This document shows positions 1-10,190 of a stretch of 60,396 nt of DNA, piece after piece. Both the position numbers and the translations under genes were made by a program. This DNA comes from an uncultured Pseudomonadota bacterium (GTDB taxonomy: Bacteria; Pseudomonadota; Alphaproteobacteria; RF32; CAG-239): positions 1 to 60,396 of the forward strand of contig CADAAN010000005.1 of assembly GCA_902785935.1 (NCBI GenBank), written 5' to 3'. Position 1 is the first letter of the stretch, and each line of letters starts with the position of its first letter. The notes under the pieces were generated by a model. The model was not told the DNA's origin. It worked only from the letters and a program-made list of their open reading frames with translations, and ran no database searches.

Positions 1-2564
<2,564 letters not shown>

Positions 2565-2586
2565 TCATCATTTAATGAAAGCTAAG

Positions 2587-2616
2587 GGGAGGGGAGTTCT
2601 TCCTCTCCCTTTTTTT
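2587..2616 (+). terminator. Rho-independent terminator of the adhesin gene
   Basis: 8-bp stem GGGAGGGG/CCTCTCCC (one G.U pair), a 7-nt loop, then a T7 run. Confidence 0.8.
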
Positions 2617-2640
2617 GTTCAACACTGTTAAGGAGCTTTT

Positions 2641-3156
2641 ATGATGGAAAATCAATTTCAAAAAAGACGGTCTGTTTTAACAATTTGTGCGATTGCTGTG
2701 CTTTATGCCGGCTTTTTCGGTCTTTTGTTGCAAAATCATATTGCAAACCAAAAGACGACTGTTGCCATCGAAAACAGCCGAAAAGTTTATATCTATAATT
2801 TAGAAGAGGTCTTAATGACCCTCAATATTGTAGAAGAAAAACAAAAATTTGAAGCTGAGATTGTCAAACTCAACGATGAACTTTTAGAAGCAGAAAAGAA
2901 GATTAAATCCCTTCAAGATGCCAAAGTAAAAGAAAATTTTTCTCAGATGTATCTCAGCAATTTACGCCTCAAACGTGATGAGCTGATTGCGGGCTATGAA
3001 AAGAAGGTGAAGGATTTGACAGATAAAGTCAATATCGCCTTGGCGGAAATTGCCAAAGAAAAGGGTGCTTCAACCATTTTTTTACGTGATGTCGTGGCGG
3101 TCAAGACGCCTTATGTTGAAGATGTGACAACTGAGGTTATCAATCGCGTAAAATAG
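2641..3156 (+). CDS. Skp/OmpH-like periplasmic chaperone (tentative)
   Basis: N-terminal hydrophobic segment followed by a long Lys/Glu coiled-coil region. The C-terminal part, IAKEKGASTIFLRD..., resembles the OmpH family. Size is 171 aa. Confidence 0.5.
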   Translation: MMENQFQKRRSVLTICAIAVLYAGFFGLLLQNHIANQKTTVAIENSRKVYIYNLEEVLMTLNIVEEKQKFEAEIVKLNDELLEAEKKIKSLQDAKVKENFSQMYLSNLRLKRDELIAGYEKKVKDLTDKVNIALAEIAKEKGASTIFLRDVVAVKTPYVEDVTTEVINRVK

Positions 3157-3200
3157 AATTTCATTGTTTATATCTTAGTTTAATTTAATTAAATAACTAT

Positions 3201-4202
3201 ATGATAAATAAAAAAGAAATATTAAATCTTCTAACAGCAGGTGATGAAAAATCTCTTTTCAAAATGGCTGATGATGTGCGCCGTCAATACGTCGGCGATG
3301 AGGTGCATCTGAGAGGTTTGATTGAGTTTTCAAACATCTGTCGCAACAATTGTCTTTACTGCGGTATAAGAAAAGGCAATGCAAAAGCCGTTCGTTATCG
3401 TATGAGCGAAGAAGAATTAATAAAAACGGCACAAAATGCCGCAAATATGGGTTTTAAAACCATTGTGATGCAATCGGGTGAAGACTTATATTATGACACA
3501 AGCCGGATGTGCCGCATCATTGAAACGATTAAAAAATTTGATGTTGCTGTTACGCTAAGTATCGGGGAGCGTACATATGCCGAATATAAGGCTTTTCGCA
3601 ATGCGGGTGCCGACCGTTATTTAATGCGTATCGAAACGACTGATAAAGACCTTTATCATAAACTTGATCCATTGATGAGTTGGGACAGGCGATATGAGTG
3701 CTTAATGATGATTAAAGAGCTTGGCTATGAGCTTGGATCAGGTATTATGGTCGGACTTCCGGGGCAAACGATAGAGTCTATCGCCGATGATTTGCTCTTT
3801 TTACAAAAAATCGGAATTGATATGGCCGGTATCGGACCATTTATTCCGCACCAAGAAACTCCTTTAAAAAATGAAAAAGGCGGAACTTTAAGTCTTGCAC
3901 TACGCACAATGTCTGTTATGCGCCTTATGATGAAAGACATCAATATTCCGGCGACAACGGCGATGGAAAGTTTACATCCGATGGGTCGTATTATGGCGCT
4001 TCAAGCCGGAGCCAATGTTGTGATGCCGAATGTGACCGAAGGTGAATATCGCAAGTTTTATGAGCTTTATCCGGGCAAAATTTGTGTTGATGAAAAGCCC
4101 TTGCAGTGCCGTACATGCATCGGTATGAAGATTGAAAGTATCGGCCGCAAAATCGGTCAGGGCTACGGCGGGCATAACGGCAAAATGCCGATAAAAAAAT
4201 AA
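3201..4202 (+). CDS. hydE: [FeFe]-hydrogenase H-cluster maturase HydE (radical SAM)
   Basis: RRQYVGDEVHLRGLIEFSNICRNNCLYCGIRKGN carries the CxxxCxxC radical-SAM motif. Further matches are MQSGED, GADRYL, GSGIMVGLPGQT, IPATTAM and YPGKIC, collinear with HydE as I remember it from Thermotoga. Confidence 0.85.
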   Translation: MINKKEILNLLTAGDEKSLFKMADDVRRQYVGDEVHLRGLIEFSNICRNNCLYCGIRKGNAKAVRYRMSEEELIKTAQNAANMGFKTIVMQSGEDLYYDTSRMCRIIETIKKFDVAVTLSIGERTYAEYKAFRNAGADRYLMRIETTDKDLYHKLDPLMSWDRRYECLMMIKELGYELGSGIMVGLPGQTIESIADDLLFLQKIGIDMAGIGPFIPHQETPLKNEKGGTLSLALRTMSVMRLMMKDINIPATTAMESLHPMGRIMALQAGANVVMPNVTEGEYRKFYELYPGKICVDEKPLQCRTCIGMKIESIGRKIGQGYGGHNGKMPIKK

Positions 4203-4231
4203 TTTTCTTTCAAAAAATATCCAAAAATATG

Positions 4232-4260
4232 TTGACATTTGTCTATTTATATGCCAAAAT
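4232..4260 (+). promoter_or_regulatory. Putative sigma70 promoter of leader copy A
   Basis: TTGACA (4232-4237), 17-nt spacer, CAAAAT (4255-4260). Confidence 0.45.
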
Positions 4261-4266
4261 TAAGGC

Positions 4267-4514
4267 ATGACAGGTGAAGTAATTTATCTGTCAAGTGCCA
4301 GATAAGGGCACGGAGCTTTGAACAGCTCTACAAGCTGCAGTGAGGATAACACTGTGTTTTATAGTGTTGTTTTTTTGTTTTAAACAACATTTATCCCCGA
4401 AAAGTCGGGGGATCTGTGGCGTATGTACAAGGTTTAAACCTAAAGACCACGGAAGTCATTCCAGCTTGTATGATTGTTCAATTCCCCGTTGCTCTCAAAG
4501 GTGCGACTTTTTTT
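4267..4514 (+). promoter_or_regulatory. Structured two-terminator 5' leader RNA, family copy A
   Basis: Shares the ordered blocks of copies B-F: GUGCC..GGCAC hairpin, GGAGC hairpin, terminator 1 (AACACU/AGUGUU + U-run, 4348-4376), AUCCCCGA/UCGGGGGAU hairpin (4393-4413), GUGG...CCAC helix enclosing GUAUGUACA..CUAAAG, AGUCAUU, AUGAUU, and CCCC followed by terminator 2 (4487-4514). Confidence 0.75.
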
Positions 4515-4541
4515 AACAAACTTAATCATAGGAGAATCAAT

Positions 4542-5609
4542 ATGAAAGAAGAATATATCGATAAAATGGCTGAGGATTTAGCAAAAAAAGGGCTTTTAGA
4601 AGAACATCGCTTATATATGAGCTCAAGCATAGAAAATGTTTATAAAGAAAATCTGATGAGTTTTAAATCGCATTTGGAAGGGATTGCAAAAGAAGGCTTG
4701 GAATATAAAACAAATAGTACTTGGTCTGATAATAAAGAAATTACTCCTGATGAAATTGTCGCACGCGGTACATGGTATCTTGATGCAAAACGAGAAGGAA
4801 TAGAAAGGCTAAAAAAAGACCATGAACAATCCTTAAAAAAAGAAAGAGAAGCTGAGATTATTAATGACAAATTTCAACGACTTGATGAAATGAGAGAATT
4901 TTTGCGTGGATGTCCTGCTTGTGAGTATTGCTCGTATGATCAAATTATGGCTTTGGCTTCAGACAAAGCACAACAAAAAAACGTTACGCTCTTTGAATCA
5001 AAAGAACAACCGACAAAAGGTATAAAAAGACTTTTTATGAGCAAGAAAGAAAAACAAGCAGAAGCCAAGAGAATTGAAGAAAAGAAAAAAGCATATGAAA
5101 ATGCAAATAAATTTATCAATCAATTTGCCTCAAAATACCAAAATGATCCAATCATTCGGGAAGTCAATTCATTTAAGCTGGCGCAAGAGCTTTGGGCAGA
5201 TGCTTACAGTGCTAAAGAAAGTTATGACGGCGGAAAATTTGTTTATTTTGATAAAGAAAAAAATGCCTATGAAATCAGCGAGTTTGAAAAATTAGAGGCA
5301 TTATATAAACCGGCTCAGGAAAAAATTCAAAGCCAGTTGCATGAAGAAGTTCAATTAAAACAAACTGCGCGTGAGACATCCGGTGTAAAAGATATTGAAA
5401 ACAATACGGGCGTTGATATACTTTCCTTAAAGGAAGAAATCAGAAATAATGCACCCTCAGGTAAAGATATGTCTTCAAAAGAGCTTTATCAGGCAATGAT
5501 GAAAATGCGCGGTTTAGGCAAAGCGACAGAACATTCTTCATCAAAACAAGATTTCAGTCAATCAACTATTGATTTAAAACAAATTAGAAGTAATGAAGAA
5601 CATAGATAA
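4542..5609 (+). CDS. Hypothetical Lys/Glu-rich protein (355 aa) with no signal peptide and a CPACEYC motif
   Basis: ATG at 4542 is preceded by GGAG (4531-4534). The longer ORF-track start at 4416 lies inside the leader RNA. Confidence 0.6.
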   Translation: MKEEYIDKMAEDLAKKGLLEEHRLYMSSSIENVYKENLMSFKSHLEGIAKEGLEYKTNSTWSDNKEITPDEIVARGTWYLDAKREGIERLKKDHEQSLKKEREAEIINDKFQRLDEMREFLRGCPACEYCSYDQIMALASDKAQQKNVTLFESKEQPTKGIKRLFMSKKEKQAEAKRIEEKKKAYENANKFINQFASKYQNDPIIREVNSFKLAQELWADAYSAKESYDGGKFVYFDKEKNAYEISEFEKLEALYKPAQEKIQSQLHEEVQLKQTARETSGVKDIENNTGVDILSLKEEIRNNAPSGKDMSSKELYQAMMKMRGLGKATEHSSSKQDFSQSTIDLKQIRSNEEHR

Positions 5610-5670
5610 AATTTGAGATATAAATTTTCTTAAATAATTTAATGTTGCTTGAGATAAAACCTTATTAAAA

Positions 5671-5706
5671 GCAGAGGAATTGTGTTTTATTTTCCTCTGC
5701 TTTTTT
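5671..5706. terminator. Bidirectional intrinsic terminator between 4542..5609 and lepA
   Basis: GCAGAGGAA...TTCCTCTGC stem flanked by A-rich sequence on the 5' side and T6 on the 3' side. Confidence 0.7.
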
Positions 5707-5730
5707 GCTAATTATAAAATTGCCGATAAC

Positions 5731-7536
5731 CTAATCGTCTCCGATACGCAAAGCTTCAATAAATGCAGACTGAGGGACTTCGACCTTGCCGAACTGGCGC
5801 ATACGTTGTTTGCCCTTCTTCTGCTTATCAAGAAGTTTGCGTTTACGCGTTACATCGCCGCCATAACATTTTGCCGTCACATCTTTTCGAAGTGCTGAAA
5901 TCGTTTCACGTGCAACAATACGACCGCCGATGGCCGCCTGTATCGGAATTTTGAACAAATGTCTCGGGATTAAGTCTTTCAAACGCTCGCAGATTTGGCG
6001 CCCGCGGGATTCGGCCTCACTTCTGTGCGTTAAAAATGCCAAGGCGTCAACAGGTTCTTCATTGATTAAAATCTGCACTTTGACCAAATCCGATTCCTGA
6101 TAGCCTGTGAGTTCATAATCAAAGCTTGCGTAACCGCTTGTGATGGATTTCAGGCGATCATAAAAATCGAAAACGATTTCATTTAATGGGATATTATAAA
6201 CCACCATCGCACGGCTTCCGACATAAGTCAGCTCGACTTGTTCACCTCTGCGCTCGGTGCAAAGCTTTAACACAGCGCCCAAATAATTGTCAGGCACCAA
6301 GATTGTTGCCTTTACCATCGGTTCTTCAATAGAGCGAACGGTCGATAAATCTGGCATATCGGCGGGATTGTGGAGCATCATATCCGTGCCGTCCGAAAGA
6401 TGGATTTTGTAGGCCACAGACGGCGCCGTTGTGATGATATCCAAATCAAATTCGCGTCCGATTCGTTCTTCAATAATTTCCATATGAAGAAGTCCCAAAA
6501 AGCCGCATCTGAACCCCAAACCCAAAGCCTCTGAATTTTCGTTGGTATAATCAATGCTCGCATCATTGAGTTTGAGTTTTGCAAGCGCATCCTTTAAGGC
6601 TTCATACTGGCTTGAATCTGTCGGGAAAATAGAACAAAACACAACAGGAACGGATGGCTTAAAACCTTCAAGCGGTGCATCGCAGGGCGTTTTGTTGTCT
6701 GTGATGGTATCACCGACCGATGTATCGCTGACCGATTTGATACTTGCCGTAATAAACCCGACCTCACCCGGATATAAGGCTTCAACATCTTGCATTTTCG
6801 GAGTGAAAATACCGACTTTATCGACCAAATATGTTGCTCCGTTTGACATCATCCTGATGTTTGTTTTCTTTTTCAAAACGCCGTCATGAATACGCACCAA
6901 AATAATCACACCTAAATACGAATCATACCAACTGTCAATCAAAAGCGCTTTTAATGGTTTGTCTTTATCGCCTTGGGGCGCGGGCAGTTTTTCAACAATC
7001 GCTTCCAAAAGCTCCGGCACGCCCAAACCTGTTTTGCCTGATGTTTCAATCGCATTTGAGGCGTCTAGACCAATCACATCTTCAATTTGCTGTTTGACTT
7101 TCTCGGCATCGGCAGAGGGCAAATCGACCTTGTTTAAGACAGGTAGAATTTCATGATTATTGTCAATGGCCAAATAAACGTTTGCAAGCGTTTGCGCTTC
7201 AACGCCCTGTGTTGCATCCACAACCAAAACACTCCCTTCGCACGAGGCAAGCGAACGCGATACTTCATAAGAAAAGTCAACATGTCCGGGCGTATCCATC
7301 AAATTGAGCTGATAGGTTTTGCCGTCTTTGGCATGATAATTCAAACGAACGGTTTGCGCCTTGATGGTAATCCCTCGCTCTTTTTCAATATCCATACTGT
7401 CTAAAACCTGCTCGGTCATCTCGCGCGCAGTTAGTCCGCCGCAATATTCAATCATACGGTCGGCAAGCGTTGATTTGCCGTGGTCAATATGGGCAATAAT
7501 TGCAAAATTTCGTATCAAACTTAGATCTGTCATCAA
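5731..7536 (-). CDS. lepA: Elongation factor 4 (LepA)
   Basis: [21 protein letters not shown]1 motif, [13 protein letters not shown], and the LepA-specific C-terminal region ...[26 protein letters not shown]. Confidence 0.97.
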   Translation of the reverse strand: MMTDLSLIRNFAIIAHIDHGKSTLADRMIEYCGGLTAREMTEQVLDSMDIEKERGITIKAQTVRLNYHAKDGKTYQLNLMDTPGHVDFSYEVSRSLASCEGSVLVVDATQGVEAQTLANVYLAIDNNHEILPVLNKVDLPSADAEKVKQQIEDVIGLDASNAIETSGKTGLGVPELLEAIVEKLPAPQGDKDKPLKALLIDSWYDSYLGVIILVRIHDGVLKKKTNIRMMSNGATYLVDKVGIFTPKMQDVEALYPGEVGFITASIKSVSDTSVGDTITDNKTPCDAPLEGFKPSVPVVFCSIFPTDSSQYEALKDALAKLKLNDASIDYTNENSEALGLGFRCGFLGLLHMEIIEERIGREFDLDIITTAPSVAYKIHLSDGTDMMLHNPADMPDLSTVRSIEEPMVKATILVPDNYLGAVLKLCTERRGEQVELTYVGSRAMVVYNIPLNEIVFDFYDRLKSITSGYASFDYELTGYQESDLVKVQILINEEPVDALAFLTHRSEAESRGRQICERLKDLIPRHLFKIPIQAAIGGRIVARETISALRKDVTAKCYGGDVTRKRKLLDKQKKGKQRMRQFGKVEVPQSAFIEALRIGDD

Positions 7537-7673
7537 ACTTTCCTTAAATATTTCCTTTCTTCATAAATGATTTTTGTTCCAAGTGCAATAAATTTTTGAT
7601 TTTTTTTGAGCTTTTTATTTGATGAAAGACTTATCTAAAAGGCTTGATAATACTTTCATGATGACATTAAAAC

Positions 7674-7707
7674 CTGGTCAATTTAAAGGTACGTTTAAAG
7701 TCAACAG
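7674..7707. promoter_or_regulatory. Operator-like imperfect palindrome, copy 1
   Basis: ctggtcaaTTTAAAgGTACgTTTAAAgtcaacag, centred on GTAC. Confidence 0.4.
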
Positions 7708-7730
7708 TTTTTTTGAGAAATTTATAATTT

Positions 7731-7760
7731 TTGACAATTTTATTCTAAAACTCTTAAAAT
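7731..7760 (+). promoter_or_regulatory. Putative sigma70 promoter for 7888..8463
   Basis: TTGACA (7731-7736), 18-nt spacer, TAAAAT (7755-7760). Confidence 0.45.
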
Positions 7761-7815
7761 AAGGGTTGCTTTTGCATTTAAAAAATATTTTTTGTCATTT
7801 TTTTACGTTTTTAGA

Positions 7816-7847
7816 CTGGTCAATTTAAACGTACCTTTTGTTACAGT
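7816..7847. promoter_or_regulatory. Operator-like element, copy 2
   Basis: ctggtcaatttaaaCGTACCtttt shares 14 nt with copy 1. Its central hexamer is the reverse complement of the one in copy 1 (GGTACG). Confidence 0.4.
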
Positions 7848-7887
7848 TGAATCAGAAACGAAAACTTATATTTGAAAGGAAAATCTC

Positions 7888-8463
7888 ATGGGATCATTTG
7901 TTAATCGTCTGGAAATTATCGAAAGTTGGGAAATGCTTGAATATATCGAAAGACATGATGCTGTAAAATATACACCTGACAATATGCGTTTTTATCGCGA
8001 AAGAGCAGAATATTTAGAGGGCGGATTTAGAGCAAGAAATAATGAAAAAGTTAAAGAATTGCGCCAACGAGCAAAAGATCAATTCGTTCATTGCGGTTTT
8101 GTGACAGATGTTGAAATGATTGGTGATTATGCCGTATTTGATATCAAACAAATTTGCGGTTCTACAATCGGTTATGAATTATCTTCGGAAACTCTGTTAA
8201 AAAGCGGATACATACCGCGTGAAGGTGATAGAGTGACCCTCATTTATGATAATTCTTTAAGAGGCAAAGATAAAAGCGAATCCCGCGAATCATTTTATCT
8301 TAGAAAAGATGGTCATGATGTGGAAATTTATAACAATTATCCCGATAGATTAGCTCGAAAAGAACAAGAACTTAATGAAGCAAGTTCGGGTTTAAAAGGC
8401 TCAGAAAAAGATATAGCAAGATACAAACTTTATAAAACAATGCTTCAGTATAAGTTAAGATAA
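7888..8463 (+). CDS. Hypothetical protein (191 aa)
   Basis: ORF with AGGAAA upstream of the ATG. No family recognised. Confidence 0.55.
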   Translation: MGSFVNRLEIIESWEMLEYIERHDAVKYTPDNMRFYRERAEYLEGGFRARNNEKVKELRQRAKDQFVHCGFVTDVEMIGDYAVFDIKQICGSTIGYELSSETLLKSGYIPREGDRVTLIYDNSLRGKDKSESRESFYLRKDGHDVEIYNNYPDRLARKEQELNEASSGLKGSEKDIARYKLYKTMLQYKLR

Positions 8464-8479
8464 TATTGGTCATCAGTCG

Positions 8480-9016
8480 ATGTCGCTTATTCTTGGAAAC
8501 TTTTTTTGCCTATTGTCGGTTATATGTATTGCCGTATCCGTTGTCAAAAAAAGCAAATCATCGCTGATTTGGTGGCAAATTGTCGATACAATATTTTGTG
8601 TTTTAGCAAGCATAGCGCTTTACGCATACGCATCACTTGTAACAAATTTAATATCACTTTTACGCAATGTCTTGAGCTATAAAAATAAATTAACGAATAA
8701 AATAACCCTTGTTTTATGTGGCCTGTGTATACTTATAGGGTTATACGTTAATAATATCGGCGTATTCGGCTGGCTTCCAATTGCAGCATCGACAATATAT
8801 ACACTTTTGATATTTTTTACAAAAAACGAACAACAAATGCGTTGGGCTGTTATCTTCAATCTTGGATTATGGTGTATACACGATTTTTATATCAAAGCTT
8901 ATCCATCTGCCATTGCAGATATCGCTTTAAGTATATGGTCTGCAATCCAAATTTTTCAAAATCATAAAAAAATGGGATTTTTCGGACTTAAATCAAATTC
9001 TTCAGAGCATCATTAA
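8480..9016 (+). CDS. Small polytopic inner-membrane protein (possibly YgjV-like)
   Basis: 178 aa with about 5 hydrophobic helices. The family call rests only on size and topology. Confidence 0.5.
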   Translation: MSLILGNFFCLLSVICIAVSVVKKSKSSLIWWQIVDTIFCVLASIALYAYASLVTNLISLLRNVLSYKNKLTNKITLVLCGLCILIGLYVNNIGVFGWLPIAASTIYTLLIFFTKNEQQMRWAVIFNLGLWCIHDFYIKAYPSAIADIALSIWSAIQIFQNHKKMGFFGLKSNSSEHH

Positions 9017-9030
9017 CGCAAACCTTTTAA

Positions 9031-9573
9031 TACCTCTCTTTAAAAGAATCATTAAATAATTCCCTTGTCTCAAAAGAAGAGTGGAATTATGATAGTGAAG
9101 ATTATTCCGTTTATACAAAAACAACATCGGATGGAAAGGTCGTATACAAACAGGATAATACGGATTGCTCTGGAGGCCTCTATGAATGTGGTGTTTGGAA
9201 AACTTATGATACAAAAGGAAATCTGATTAGTCAACGATGTGTTATGGCTGTTTATGATGACGCCCAATCCTCTGCTTATGCTGACTATTGTGATATGAAT
9301 GGGATACAAAACAATTATGCTGATAAATTATTTCAATATGATTATCAGTCTGAAGTTGAAAGAAAAATAGAAAACACGTACGATGAAAATTTAAATTTAT
9401 TGTACACAGAAGAATTCTTATATGTAGATGGTCAAGAGATAACTGATCACTACAAAAAAACGGTAAATGAATCCAGCAATTCAGAATCTAAGCCCGTCAA
9501 GCGCATATATACCATCGATGAGGCCAACCAAGTCGCTGGAAAGACAAACACCTTTTCGATTCGGTACAGCTAA
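9031..9573 (+). pseudogene. 5'-truncated member of the C-terminal-tag family (no start codon, RBS, signal peptide or leader)
   Basis: The frame is open from 9031, but the first ATG is at 9244. It ends ...KPVKRIYTIDEANQVAGKTNTFSIRYS*. The upstream in-frame part (EEWNYDSEDYSVYTKTTSDGKVVYKQDNTDCSGGLYECGVWKTYD) looks coding. Confidence 0.55.
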
Positions 9574-9598
9574 AAAAGAGGGCTGAGCCCTCTTTTTT
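9572..9598. terminator. Bidirectional intrinsic terminator
   Basis: AAAAAAGAGGGC-tga-GCCCTCTTTTTT. Confidence 0.75.
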
Positions 9599-10070
9599 AG
9601 CCAAGATTTGCACCGTTTAAATACCACACGCCTGCATTAAGGTATGTTGCAAACAAAAGCCACAACAAATACGGGTATTGTAAATATGCTGACGTATGGT
9701 TAAGCTCGTGAAAACTTTTGATCATTGCATAAACCATCAAATCAAGCAAAACAATATCAACAAAGCCGAACATAAACAGACCCTTAGCAAAAAAGAGCCA
9801 ACACCACAAAATGTGCAAAATTAATTGGCCTATGAACAAAACAATGGCTTTTTTGTTGTCATCATGATTTAAGACCATATAAAAAGAAACAATCATCAAA
9901 ACGTACAAAATCGGCCAAACAATCGAAAAAATACCATTTGGCGGATTAAGCGGCGGCAAAGTCAAATTTTGATAAAAAGTATCAACACCTAAATAGCTCA
10001 GGTACGAAGAAAGTGCCGCCGTGACGGCAACAAGCGCAAAACTTATCACAAATTTAATCACATTCGACAT
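9597..10070 (-). CDS. tspO: TspO/MBR family tryptophan-rich sensory protein
   Basis: 157 aa, five TM segments, Trp-rich motifs (IVWPILY, LWCWLFF, LLWLLFATYLNAGVWYLN). Confidence 0.8.
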   Translation of the reverse strand: MSNVIKFVISFALVAVTAALSSYLSYLGVDTFYQNLTLPPLNPPNGIFSIVWPILYVLMIVSFYMVLNHDDNKKAIVLFIGQLILHILWCWLFFAKGLFMFGFVDIVLLDLMVYAMIKSFHELNHTSAYLQYPYLLWLLFATYLNAGVWYLNGANLG

Positions 10071-10190
10071 TTTTTAATAACCTCCAATTTGCCTTATAAA
10101 TAATCATTCGATAAAAATATTCAACGAGGCTCAAAAAAATATTGCATTTTGTCAAAAATAGGATATAATCAACAAAAAGTGAGGTATTTG

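Noticed and set aside
4424-4440. A conserved ATG inside the leader block G(G/U/A)AUGU.CA, which might start a leader peptide
   Set aside because: The resulting ORFs are MYKV* (A), MYKP* (D), 13-25 codons in B, C, E and F, with unrelated sequences and no SD. Conservation fits an RNA motif, not a peptide.
4416-4541. N-terminal extensions offered by the ORF track that run through leader copies (4416.., 18709.., 38729..38920, 43235..43450, 20531..20647)
   Set aside because: These stretches contain the two terminators and the conserved RNA helices. The translated peptides are not conserved between copies. A good SD plus ATG exists downstream of terminator 2 in every case.
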